From contig JBNGIO010006246.1 of assembly GCA_049999805.1 (NCBI GenBank), positions 107,812 to 171,811 on the forward strand: 64,000 bases of DNA, in the 5' to 3' direction. The notes under the pieces were generated by a model. That model was given only the letters and a program-made list of their open reading frames with translations, ran no database searches and was not told the DNA's origin. The number at the start of each line of letters is the position of its first letter. The stretch's first letter is position 1. The translations under genes were made by a program, and so were the position numbers. The DNA is from Folioceros fuciformis (Eukaryota). Positions 37,641 through 50,305 of this stretch are shown in pieces.

Positions 37641-38924
37641 TCACCTTCTTTCTGGCCGCCAGTAGCGTCCCGGCTCATCACTCAGCACGATCCGGAACGT
37701 TAGGTTTATTCGCACCCCACACACTTTGGCCCTCCTTGGAACCGAGTGCTGCCAATCCCGCTGCATGTTGCCCTTCATGACCATCAGAGACCCATGCTTG
37801 AGGAGGAAGGAATACTGATCTTTAACTCCTTGCTCGGGTGGCGAGCTGCAGACCTTCCCACCACAATTCAGCCGCTTCCTCTTGGCATCACCAAACCCTA
37901 GGTCCTCCATGCTGGCATGGCACGAACCTCCTGCACCTGTGCCTTCACAGCTGCAGTCACAGCATTCAAGAGCAGATCCTGCTCCTCCTTCCTCTGCCTG
38001 CGGCCTGAAGTGCTTTTTCCTTCTCACCAAAAAGTCCCTTTCCGCTCCAAGCGTCACCGAGGCAATGACGGGAGTGGGTCCGAAAAGCTTGGTGTCATCG
38101 CTGTGCCAGCTGACGTGATCAGAGCCGTCGGCGTACCGATTGAGAAGCACGCTGTTGAACCTGGTGCCGGGCAGAGCTCTGTGCACCTGGTGAGGTGACA
38201 CCGAACCAATCAGCCCCATTTTCTCACATTCTCTTCACAGGAAGGTCAGTTGCTATAACCAGAGAGAAATGGGGCGTTCTGTCTGCCACTTACATGGTCC
38301 AAAATCCGGCACAGAACCGGGTAGTCCTCCCAGAAGCACACGGAGGGCTCATGACCGTTGTACCTTACTGTCGGCAGATTCCTGTCCGCCACATATGCCG
38401 ACTGCCTCGGCTGCAACCAGGGATGTCACACGGTTGGTGAGGCCCATTAGGGCAGGAGGTGCACATTCCCAAGCACATGACTGTCTCAACCTGTGGTCGA
38501 AGTCGCCCGTGGATGAGCAAGGAAGGCCGGGACCAAGGAATGTCTCTGTCCAGCTGTTTGAGCCATCCATCAGCCTCCACCGGGTCCAGAAACCGTGGGT
38601 AGAAGAGAATCTCCGACCCTGCTCCCAGACCCAACCGCGTTGCCGACCTGATCTGCTCATACTGCACTCACACGGCGATCCAGGTTAACGGAGGTACACG
38701 ATCCAGCACCAGGAGTCGAGCAGCCGGAAGCTGCCCCCACCTCCAAATTCACAAGGGAAAGAGACCGTATTCCCCACCGCAGGTTTGGACTTGGCAGCCG
38801 CTGATTGTGAGCGCTTCTTGTCGCCCTCTTGCGCCACAGGCACAGGAGGTTTTGGAGCTGTTACGCCCACTTCCCTCGTCTGGGTGGGCGCAAAGAACGA
38901 TCGGATGCTAGTCTGAACTACCAT
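37641..38924 (-). CDS. ALKBH2: AlkB homolog 2, DNA oxidative demethylase, four exons
   Basis: IPWSRP..QPRQSAYVA, FNSVLLNRY, WHSDD, HGSLMVM, WQHSVP, RINLTFR (HxD..H..R facial triad). Confidence 0.94.
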
Positions 38925-39538
38925 TCATTCTTCGTCCTGGACGATTGAAGCACAGTGTGCTATTCAAGGGGCACCAAGTACGGAAATGCATCGATAGGAC
39001 GGACATCGTCTGCTTGGAACACCAGTCATCCGCGGATTAATGACGTACCAGTCGGCGGTGTTCATGTCAGATTCGACTGTGTACAAGAATCAAACCACAT
39101 ACATATTTGAGCCACACGCCACATGTATGTACATTGCTGATCTGGAATGCTGATGGCCAGCAGCCAATCTGGGCTGCTTGTCGTAATTAGAAAGGCTCCA
39201 CCAGTGTATAAAATAGAAACGAAGTGTTCTACACCTGTGAGAAACAAGCTGACACGGAGCTGACTGCAGCAGCTAGACTAGAGGCTGCTGCAGTCACAAA
39301 GAGGTGAAATGCAAAGCTCTACTGTGAACTGCCGCACACATATTGTACAAACAGCAGATGGAAATCAATTTGGATTGATGAAAGAATGTCCGAGAGGCCT
39401 GCAGTCAACAACAGCACGAATGTTAGATTCGACTTCGCATCACCCACAGGTCGGATCTCAACAGACTCATTACTAACCGCTCCTTTTAATTACTGATAAC
39501 ACAGCTTGATATCAGAAGACTGCAAGCAGTCGCTCCAG

Positions 39539-41426
39539 CTACCCAGACATCGGAACCGTGCCGAATACACGATCCCACAATGGAGATGTGATGCCGAATC
39601 CATCCGTCTGGACTTTGAAATGGTGATTCAGGTGGTACCTCTGACAGCAGGAAAACACCATCCTCGATTTGTTAGCTGAGAGAGACTCGGGAACTTAACC
39701 CACACGGGAGGAGACTAAGCCAACGAAGGCCTACATGTACCTTCAGTTTCTTTATACAGTTACTGAACGGTGCTCCATGATGTAGGAAATAATGGGTAAC
39801 ATCGTAGACGACATATCCCAGCAGTCCTCCTCCAAACACCGATGGAACCGCAGTGTACGGACACAGTGCTTTCAAGATGCCCCAAAACTGGCACATACGA
39901 CAGATTCAGCATACAATGGCATACGCCTCATATAAGTTGCTGCGAGCTTTGATTACCCCACCTCCAGGGCATACAACCAGAAAAGAGCAAACTTTCGCGG
40001 CAGATGGAAGGGTGTGCAGTTTGATACATACCACGGCACAGAAGAGAGCTGTAAATACTGGTGGAAAAACAAGACGGTAGCCATCCATGGGGTGCTTATG
40101 ATGGCAGCCATGGAGGAGATAATGCAAAGTGTTTCCCCTGTCGGCAGAAAGCAAATGTTGATACCGGTGTGCTCAGGCTAACATGATAACGAGGGGGTCG
40201 AGGTGCTTTACCAGTAAGTACTTGTCTTGATATGGAAAAGAAAACGGTGCAAGCTGTACTCCAGAAACGACCACAGTAGAACGCCTAAAAGAAATGTCCT
40301 TGGGAGAGTGGACAACTCGAGGCCTCTTTGAAGGGCTAAACGTTGCATGAATAGAACTACTGGCACCCAGACGATTGGTATTATCCACCAGACTGTCCGA
40401 GTGAAATACTGGAACAATGAGACATCATCAGATGAGCTATTTGTGTCTCCAAAATGACTTCAAACAAATAACACGGGAAGCGAACTGTTTAATAGTGAAC
40501 CAGGTACCCCACCTCACAGAAATCACTAGCAAAAAATCGTGGACTCTCTTTGGAAACAATCGGTTGGTGCACCCACTTCTGATAATCTTCACCAAGGTGC
40601 CCAACCTGTATTTGGTGTTAGTCACTGGAATCTGTCCCTTGCAGCAAGAGGATGGCCATCCCGTTTGAAAAAAAAGTACCTGGAATACAAGAGGTTTGTT
40701 GAGATCGACCGTGAAGCTCTTCGGTTTCGATTTGCCATTTGGCACTGCATCATGTGGCCTGAAACTGCAGACAAAATCTGAAGGCGTTCAATCCTGTGGA
40801 CCAGTGAATGCTGCTGCTGGGTCCTGGAGTCGTTCACTACCTGCTGCTGTTAGCGACTCCACCAACATGAAACTGCTGCAACATGTCAAAAGCTGCTTGG
40901 CTGTGAGAATGGGCATCCAAGGTGCCCACACCCTTCATCAAGTCGCCCACGTCCTTCCCTTGCATACTTTCTAAGATCACCTGTCACAGCCAGGTGCGAG
41001 CGAATCCCAGATCATGGAGAGGAGCCCGACCTGCCAGCCTCAGAAACCAATGCAGTCACGAAGCTACAACACACAAGTGCAGCACGCATTGCACTACTCG
41101 TTTGTTTGCCCTGGTGCATTCTGCACCCAAAACCAGCATCTCACAGATCGACATTCTCAGACCACACTACAAACCTCTGGACCGCCTGGATGGTTGTGAA
41201 GAAAATCTGTGACGTCGTAAGCCTTCCCGAACACCGAGATCCATGCATCCTCCTCCGTCCGATGCCTGGCCACCTCCTCCTTGGAGAACATTTTCAGCTG
41301 CGGACGCGAGTCAGGTGAAGCTACATTTTGCCCTGCGTCTGCTGCGATATCCGACAAGACTGAGGCGCCTGAAGCGCCGCAGGCATCGTCGGAAATGCGA
41401 GCCGCGAGGGCCCGGTTACGGAGCAT
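39539..41426 (-). CDS. FAH: Sphingolipid fatty acid 2-hydroxylase with fused N-terminal cytochrome b5 domain
   Basis: b5 part: EEVARH..DAW..YDVTDFLHNHPGG...HSHS; FAH part: VDLNKPLVFQ, EYSLHRFLFH, LHGCHHKHPMDGYRLVFPP, YDVTHYFLHH, YHLNHHFK. Confidence 0.94.
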
Positions 41427-41684
41427 GGCAAATCAAGCGCGAAGCTCGCCAGCTCTCCAACAATCCTGACTACTTTCAAATGGGCCTGGTTTCTTTTCTG
41501 TAGGGTCGCCAGTTAACAGTCAGGTCCCCACGCCGTACCGGGAACCGGTAGCCAGGCCGTCAGCCGGTTGGCGGGATTGCATTCTCGAAGCTTCCTCTTG
41601 GCGCGCCGTGGTCGTGCGTAATTGCGAAGGTGAGAGCGCCGTCGTCGTGTGTGGAGGTTGCGATTTCTTGTCAAGCCGAGAGAG

Positions 41685-42991
41685 ATGTCTGTGACTCGGG
41701 TGCGATGCCAGCGAATAGGATGCGACGCTATGTTCATGCCGGAGGAAAACGAGGATGATTCGGCCTGCATTTACCACCCCGGGGTATGTGCTGCTGCGAT
41801 CCCTTGGAGTATGCTTCCATTGCAATTTGGAGTTTTAGATCTAAGAGGCGGCTAGGAAGTGAGTACGGTTTGTTATGTTTTAGACGGATTTTAGCCTGGG
41901 GACCTTGGGACGGGACCAGCAACAGCAACAGTGCAGAATTTCGGTTGATTGGACATGCTGCAAGGCTGACAGATTATGTCTGGTGCTTCTGGGATGGGGT
42001 TTGCGGGACTGGATTTTCCGCTGCTATCGCTGCTGCATAGCCGGTGAGTTTCGGTGTGGGATTGCTTCTTCTTGCTGTTTGAGGATAGTGACGTCTTGCG
42101 CGGCAGCGGTCTGACAGACGACTTGTTACCTCTCAGCCCTTGTTTCATGACGGAGGGAAGGAATGGGCTTGCTGCAAACAGCGGAGCCACGATTTTAGTC
42201 TGTTCTTGGAGCTTCCAGGGTAATGCTCGTCGGCAGTCGGAGAAAATTAGGGCATTCAGTTGTTATGCTCAGATGGAGTAGGTGCTTGCTTGAAGTTAGC
42301 CTGTCCCGCCAGAGAAATGCTGAGGGGTTCCAGCTGCCTTTGCCTTGCAGGTGCAAAAAGGGAAAGCATACTACCGAAAAGCCTGTGTTGCCATCAAAGG
42401 CAAGACCCGCCCCCAAGCCAGTTGCTGCGCCAGTGAGTAAGGAGGCATGCTCTAGATGTAAACAGGGATTCTTTTGCGCAGATCATGGTGAGCCTCGTCT
42501 CATCTTATGACACCCTCCGTCAGATGCAAGAGAGCTGCTTGGATTGTCCAACGACTCTCGTGTAAATGCTGTGTTACAGGAACCCCGGGAAAACCTCTAG
42601 CAACAACATACTCTTCTCGAGTTTCAGTCAGTACTCCTGTGCAGGTTCCCACGCCAGCAGCTGCCCCACCCAAAATTCTGGACCTTGATGCCAAACAGCA
42701 ATGCAAACATCATGGCTGCGGTATCACATTCACTGAAAGGGAGAATCATGACACTTCTTGTCACTACCACCCTGGTCCTCCAGTTTTCCACGACAGATCC
42801 AGAGGAGTAAGTATTCGTCTCGCTTCACCCGGCGTAAGTGAACTGTCCCGCATATGCGTTTCTTGCAGTGCTCACCTTAGCTGTGTTTTCTTGCTGGTCG
42901 TGTGTTGCAGTGGGCCTGCTGTGATGTTCATGTCAAGGAGTTCGACGAGTTCATGTCAATCCCTCCCTGTGCGAAGGGCTGGCACACTTGA
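41685..42991 (+). CDS. RAR1: RAR1 CHORD-domain HSP90 co-chaperone
   Basis: CHORD-I CQRIGC..CIYHPG-PLFHDG..WACC, CCCH motif CSRCKQGFFCADH, CHORD-II CHYHPGPPVFHD..WACC..PPCAKGWH. Confidence 0.95.
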
Positions 42992-43095
42992 TTAGTTTTT
43001 GCCGTTCTGCATTCTAAATTATTTTCGCGGACGACATCGTTGCCTGTTAGCTGGCATGAATCTGCATCTGAAATCTCGTGCGGGACCAGATGTCT

Positions 43096-43195
43096 NNNNN
43101 NNNNNNNNNNNNNNNNNNNNNNNNNNNNNNNNNNNNNNNNNNNNNNNNNNNNNNNNNNNNNNNNNNNNNNNNNNNNNNNNNNNNNNNNNNNNNNN
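43096..43195. other. Assembly gap (100 N)
   Basis: Run of N. Confidence 1.
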
Positions 43196-43699
43196 GGTTC
43201 TGCCTGGTCTCTTATTTTAGCAATTTTTCATTGATATCGAAATTGGTTTTCGGGAAATGATTTCGGAAGTTGAAATTGACAGTGCAGCATTTTGTAAGTC
43301 CTTGGTTGGATATACGTGTCCGTTCGTCCATCGGATGCGCCAAGAACAACTTTATTTATGTCCACAACATGTGCCCTAGTCCATGTCTTATCTGCCCTTC
43401 GTCACATTTATCTGCTTTTTCCCGGAGCATTCGACGGCTCCCCCTCGCCCTGCGTGTGGCCAGGTAAGCCGAGAAGCCGAACAGCACGACGCGTCATGCT
43501 TGCCGGATTCCCTTAGTCTCCACTCGTTGTATCATGCACCACATGCATTGCACAGACGTGACTTTCTGCTTGTCGGGATTCCTTGTTGTTTGCATGTGGA
43601 ATGGCTTGAATCAAGCTGAAGTGTGAATTTCGCAGATCAGGAGCGAGCATCAGTTGAATTGTCGAGAATCGCGCTGGTCCAGGTTTGCTGCTCCGACTA

Positions 43700-44380
43700 A
43701 TGGCGTGCGCTCTGCAGCTGTTAGTGCTGCCGCCCAGCCGGTATCTGTCTGATCATGGCGGTGAGATCAAGTTCTGGTGCCGTTCTGTTCCGCATTCCGT
43801 CTGCTGTGATTGAGAACTGGAATTTCCGATTCCCAGCTGTAGATTCTGGCTAGGGTCTTTAAATGGAGGAGTACATTGCAGGCTTGGATGCAAGGGGAAA
43901 TGTTCGTTGGACTGCGTGCCGACCTGGTGTTCGCAATCTGCGGGCGGCAGCTGCACCGGGCTCTGGCGGGGGCTTGCTCGAGAAACCGACTATAGAGAGA
44001 ACCACTCCCGGTCGTGAGTCGGAGTTCGATCTGCGGTAGGCTGTCTTGGTTTTTCAATTAGACCTTCTTGCCGCTGCCTTTTGCCTATCCTCCATATGCC
44101 GCGCATGTCTCGTTGCAGGAAGTCTCGCAAAATGTCTCCTCCTTACCGAGTGATGCTTCATAACGACAACTTCAACAAGCGGGAGTATGTGGTCCAAGTG
44201 CTGATGAAAGTCATACCAGGGATGACAGTTGACAATGCCGTAAACATCATGCAAGAGGCGCATGTGAATGGGCTGGCAGTGGTTATCATTTGCGGACAGG
44301 CTGATGCTGAGGAGCATTGTTTGCAGTTACGGGGAAATGGTCTCTACAGCTCTGTCGAACCAGCCAGTGGAGGGTGCTAG
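43700..44380 (+). CDS. CLPS1: Chloroplast Clp protease adaptor ClpS1, three coding exons (start codon inferred)
   Basis: GLLEKPTIERTTPGRESEFDLR-KSRKMSPPYRVMLHNDNFNKREYVVQVLMKVIPGM..EAHVNG..EPASGGC*. Confidence 0.93.
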
Positions 44381-45907
44381 TACAAGGCACCGTGACGTCT
44401 TGTGATTCAATTTATAGCTGTCCCTCAGCGGTGTATACTATTAAGCACAGATTCTGGAGGGCCTGGTGGAAGTGCTTGTATCCACCACATGTTGCGACTC
44501 ACCAAACTACACGGTACGCAGTGCACTGCATGTATATACGTAAGTGCCAACCCTAACTGTGCTCTACAATTCTAGGTGCACACGCAATGTGTCTTATGCG
44601 AAAGCCGGCACACTCTGCTTTGCAAGGCTACAAGCTGGAACCTGCGAACGACGTCCTTCCGTCTATTCTGTCTGCCATTTTTGTTTCACGGCTTTGAGCA
44701 AGACAAGCATCTGTAGCAAATGCGACCAACGAACTGCTGATCCCCTAAAGCAGGGTAGCATTGCAGTCCATGACAAACTCTTTTGACGGGTGGACTGTGA
44801 CATGTTGGGGCAGCCAGTTGCAGAGTTGGGTCATTGTATAGCTTTTCCTGACTGAGTTGATACGTATCTCTGAGTACCTCATCCTTCCTGCATGGAAAGG
44901 TTTGGAACTATCCCTATGCTTATGAATGCAATATTTGCTTGTGAACTTGCAAAAGTAGAGTTCAGTCGTGCAGTTGTATTCGCCCAAAGCAGGCGGTATT
45001 TTTAGCAAATATTTTAAACTTCTGTACAATCTGCAAACCTGTGTTGATGTGAACGAGTGTAGGAGTCATGGCTTACGGAGAAGTCTTGCAGGAGCTCAGA
45101 GACAATATGGACCTGAATACTTTTTCCGCTGACTTTATCCTATACAGTGATTACGTTTGTTAGATGTTTTGCATCAGCTTTGGTCAGAACTTAGGCTTTG
45201 TACCACTGTGGACAGTATCTCGCTCACGTTATGGTCTTTCAGGAGGAATATTGGTGGTTAATAGTATTCGACGCTTCCTCTGGAGGGCAATCAGTCTTAT
45301 TCGGCAACCGTTAGAATTTTGGCGTTAGCGAACGTGTGGTTGTAACATTTCCTGACCTTCCAAACACGGCACGTTCCCACACTATTTCGCATCGCACGAT
45401 TTAAGAATGCTCTGCGTGATATATATTTACACAGCTCCACATTGAACTATTTCACGTCGCACGATCTCTGCACCGCATAATTCCAATTTCACGTTCTGCC
45501 ATGCGTTGCATGCCGTGAAAGGCGGAGATCACTCTTGCCTTTCGCATGCAGGTTAATAAGAACGATCAATAAACGTTATCAAAGATCAGTTGGGTGCCAG
45601 CTACACCCGGAGTTCAAAGGTCAATGTAGTCAACCTACAACTCGTGAATATCTACAAAGTTAACCCGCAAAAACCCAATGACTCTCCTCTAATTACTAAG
45701 GTTAGTTTCCGTGACCTTCAATCGGGTTAGACGAGACAAAATCGTTCCAAACAGCTCAGGAGTACACAAAACGAGCTCACCCAGGCCGTGCAAACGGGCT
45801 GGGATCCATCATCAGGATGGATGGACCTGAACCTACAACTGAAACACTGCTCACGAAGCAACAAAACCTGCCAGCATGCGTGACACGCAGTATCTTTTCT
45901 AAGAGAC

Positions 45908-47662
45908 CTAGTCACGGTACTTCATGGACTTGGCGTCAAAACCAGGCATATCAAACGAAGCTGCAAACTTCTCAACATCAGCCTTCAACGCAGCAATTTC
46001 TTGGTTGTTCTCTAATCCTCTGTTGAAATCCTTCAGGAGTTTACCGCGCTCCCTCTGGATGGCCAACGTGATGTCAACAGCCCTGGAAAGAAAAACGCCG
46101 ATCTGCTCAAAGTCAGCCTCCTTCAAACCTCTTGAGGTCATAGCAGGTGTGCCAATGCGAACTCCTCCTGGAGACAGCGCACTGCTATCTCCAAAAACTG
46201 CATTTTTGTTCAGTGTGATATGAGCCAGCTCACAAACTTTCTCCACCTTGTTCCCTGCCACGCGCACCTCGTGGGTCAGCAGTTATCAGGTACTCCCACT
46301 GATTCATGGTGCAGAAGTCATTCAAAGATCATCTTGATTGCTTTTGAGCATCCTACTAGTAAAGATAGTTCACGACGCAGCTCACCAGTGAGACCAAGGG
46401 GCCTGAGGTCCCAAAGAATCAGATGATTCTCTGTTCCGTTGGTAACTAGCTTGTAACCCTTCTTGATAAGGGCATCAGCCAGAGCAACGGCATTCGCACG
46501 AACCTGCTTCGCATAGGCCTTGAATCCAGGACTAGCAGCTTGCTTCAGGGCCACCGCTAGTGCCCCGATCTGGTGGTTATGAGGGCCACCCTGGAGAGAT
46601 GGGAAGACCGCAAAATTGATCTTGTCCTCATAGTCATAAACAGCATCCGCAGCCCGCCCCTTCATGGCTGTCTTAGGACCCTTCCTGAAAAAGATCATGC
46701 CAGCCCTCGGTCCCCGGAGACTCTTGTGTGTAGTGGTGGTCACCACGTCGCAGTACTCAAAAGGATTGGCAGCCTCCTGACAGGCAAGACGATGAATAAA
46801 ACAATGATCAGCGAAGCCGCCAATATAAAAAAACACCATCGCAAACAGAGCTCCGAGAAATCTAACTGTCAGAACCACAAGATGCCAGATGTGTAAGCTG
46901 AAACGGAAATGGGAGGGGAGAAGAAAAGAGCATACTTGGGCAGCGACAAGACCACTGATGTGGGCCATATCACACATGAGCAGTGCTCCGACTTTGTCAG
47001 CAATAGTCTTGAACTTGGCATAGTCCCAGTCCCTCGGGTAGGCACTTCCTCCGCAAATGATCAGCTTGGGCCTGAAGTCCAAGACTTTCTCCTCCAACTT
47101 CTCGAAGTCAATGTACCCAGTTTCAGAGCTCACCTTGTAAGGCAGACTTTCGAAGTAGATGGAAGTGGCGGATATCTTCTTCCCCGTGGACGCGTAATAA
47201 CCGTGAGTCAGATGGCCACCAGAAGGAAGATCCAAGCCCATGATGCGGTCGTGCGGGTTCAACAAGGCGGTGTACACCGCGAAATTGGCAGGAGAACCAG
47301 AGTAGGGCTGCACGTTCACCCCCCACCGCTCTGGATCCAGGCGGTAAGCCTCCNNNNNNNNNNNNNNNNNNNNNNNNNNNNNNNNNNNNNNNNNNNNNNN
47401 NNNNNNNNNNNNNNNNNNNNNNNNNNNNNNNNNNNNNNNNNNNNNNNNNNNNNCCGTAGTAGCGAGCACCAGGCAACCCCTCCGAGTACTTGTTGGTGAG
47501 CGTGGAGCCGAGAGCTTCCATCACGGCCTGCGAGGTGAAGTTTTCGGACGCGATCAGCTCAATGCCCTTGTACTGCCGCACCTTTTCCTTCTCGATCAGA
47601 TCAAAGATCTCCTCGTCCGCCTTCTGCAGCGGCGTAAGTCCCCACTCCTGAACCGACTCCAT
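45908..47662 (-). CDS. SHM4: Serine hydroxymethyltransferase, cytosolic (SHM4-like) type; possible upstream in-frame start at 47932
   Basis: [69 protein letters not shown]. Confidence 0.95.
47354..47453. other. Assembly gap (100 N)
   Basis: Run of N inside SHMT coding sequence. Confidence 1.
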
Positions 47663-48694
47663 CGCGTCCTCTACACTGGGATCAGTTCCCTGTAAGTGCT
47701 TCTGCGCCAAAGCCCCGCGTCTGCCCAGATGCCTCGCACCAGGGCTACGATCTGGGCAGCAACCTCTACTGAAGGCACACAGAACGCTGTCTTCTGCAAG
47801 CGAGCGGGGCTTCTGATAAGATACAAACGCAGGGACAGCACAGACAGCCGAGGCTGGCACCTCGAGATCGCGGCGGCTTGCCGTAAAGGCAGCAGAAGAA
47901 TGAGCGACGGGAATTGCAGCCACGATCGCCATAACCACGACTCTGACTGCTGGCTGCCAGCCCTTGTCCCTGTCTCTCTCTCCACATCGTTCCTCTCTCT
48001 CTCCTCCTTTCCCTTGTTTACAATTTCCAGCAAAGTGAACTGCACATCATGTGGCTTACCTGAGGCTCCCTGATTGCATGGATGCCCACAGTCATATCGA
48101 CAGACATGCATCCATGGCTTGCCCTAGGGTTAGATGCATCTCATCTCTGCAGCCAACCTATGGCAACAATGCCCGAATCTAACAGTTGGCCTTCGAAGAC
48201 AAATTTTGCATTTTCTTTCTCGAGGCTCTGCCGTGTACGAGCCGGAAATTGCGCATGTCTGAATAGTTGAGAAAATCACAAGACCGATTGCCACATTTGC
48301 CAAATTGTCGCAACGCAAGAATGCTTTGTCTTGTTTCGACCTCCCGTCTACCAGGCCTCTGTACTACATGCGGATGCACGCCTGGTAGTGAAATTTCTTT
48401 GTTTGTGAAATATCTTGCAACGTTTTGGTACGTGCATGCTGTCTGAATTGCCAAAATCTGAGACTTGAACCCTACGGCCTCAGGCTGTGATGGCCAGGTG
48501 ACAACAGAGTTGAATTCCGAGATGAAGTAGCTGAGCTATCCATGTTGGAGCGTGTCGCCTCTTGCGTGCATTTAGTTGGCCAGTAGTCCGTATTGGTTAG
48601 GTCACGATGGACGTACTGCAAAGAGTGTCTACGGAAGTCTTGCGAGGTGGAGTTCGACTCAATCTGGTGCCTGGCACGGTGCCTACTTCTGTCT

Positions 48695-50305
48695 ATGGTA
48701 GCTAGCTCAGTGTGTACTGAGTTGTTTGCTGATTATCGCGGAGGTTGTCCCGAAAGGCTGACAGTTGTAAAATCTGAAGTGTCGATGTCAAACAGATTTG
48801 GGCGAGTTTGCTGTATGGCTTCGAAACCAGCAGGTCCGCTTCGGTATATGCCAAGTGGATATGCACAAGAAGAGAAGACCAATTCGGAGGCCCAGAAGTC
48901 GAGTAAAACAAGCACACCACATGTTGAGGGTTGTGTGGGATGCTCTTCGGACGTTCCTTTGGAAACAGAAGCTGACAGATGGGATGATGTAGGTATGATG
49001 ACGTGTCTACATTGTAAGATTGAGCTTTATGTTGAACGTCATGGAATTCTCATCTGGGAATGTTGCCTGAGTTCTCACTGGCTTTTGGCAAGCCCTGGGA
49101 GCTGTCAACAGCAGCAAGACCAGGAGACCCAAGGAAGGTACTGCAACGTCCTGCAGATTACAGAGGATGGATACGAAGCAAGGGAGGGAAGTACCAAAAG
49201 GAGCAGTTCTGAATCTGACTTACGCTAATGGAAGGAAGGTGGAGACTACATTGTTGGATGCTCTTGGCACCCTTGAAGCTGGCAACGACGAACAGTCCCA
49301 CACACCTGACAAAGGACTCGTCAGATCCAGCAGCACCTTGTTCAAGAGCGTCTCTGAGCATGTCGGGCTGGAGAACCTTGGATTTGAGCTGACAGGAGCA
49401 GCCCCAGTCAGACATGAAGAAATAGCAAGTGCAAAGGACTATGCTCTGTCCTTGCTTGCAGCAGCGTAAGCGTGTGTTTTCTCCCCGGTCTCACCGATCC
49501 TTACTGTGTGTGTCCATCTGTGCGTATCTGGATCTTACCAAAGCTTGCTGTTGCGTTGCATAGGCCTCAGCCTGTTGCAAATCTGCGAAGGAAACTGTCT
49601 AGTAGACATGTGTCTTCTCTGGTCATCGAAAAAATAATTCAGGACCTGCAGCGTGGGTAAGTCTGCAGAGCTGTTTCAAACCCATCTCCACGTGTACAAA
49701 CTCCATCCAGAATGTGGTGATAGCGCATGTCATGCTGTATGTTGCAACTTTGGAACACGTTCTCATTGCAAGTGCGTGCCATTCTTTACAGTGGTTTGCA
49801 GAGTGATCGTGAGTTTGCAGAATCATTTGCACGCTCAAGGTGGAGATCTTTGAGTTGGGGTCCCTCTCGCATCAAATATGTGCGTGCCCAAGGTCCCTCG
49901 GGTTCTTTCCCGTCTTGCTGTCGCATCCATGGTCAGTACTACCACTAGTCCTGTCGGCCTGAATCGGGTTAAACTTCTCAGGAACTGGAAAGGCGAGGAG
50001 TAGGGGCAGAAGACATCCAAGGTGCGATGAAGAAGGTATTCGAAAGTGCAAACGTTGAAGATGGACCAGGAGGAGATAACGAGGAGACGGAAGTTAGTAC
50101 CTGGGGCATGACCAGCCAGGCCAGAGATCATCTTTTGAAACAGGCTCAACGGCGGTGGCAAAAAGCTGGTCCAAGTGTAACACATGAGGCACGAAAACGG
50201 CGGATGGTTGGCTGGCTGCAGCGACGCGGGTATGGATGGCCGATCATTACTGATGTTATGAAATTTTGCGAAGAACATCAGCCTGAGGCGGAGTGGGATG
50301 AGTAA
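48695..50305 (+). CDS. RECX: Organellar regulatory protein RecX, multi-exon (start approximate)
   Basis: AKDYALSLLA, LRRKL, GLQSDREFAESFARSRW..WGPSRIKY-ELERRGV, RRMVGWLQRRGYGW. Confidence 0.88.

Noticed and set aside
12123-50305. Apparent DNA-repair cluster (ERCC1, ALKBH2, RecX)
   Set aside because: Spread over 38 kb among unrelated genes and acting in different compartments; chance in a gene-dense genome.
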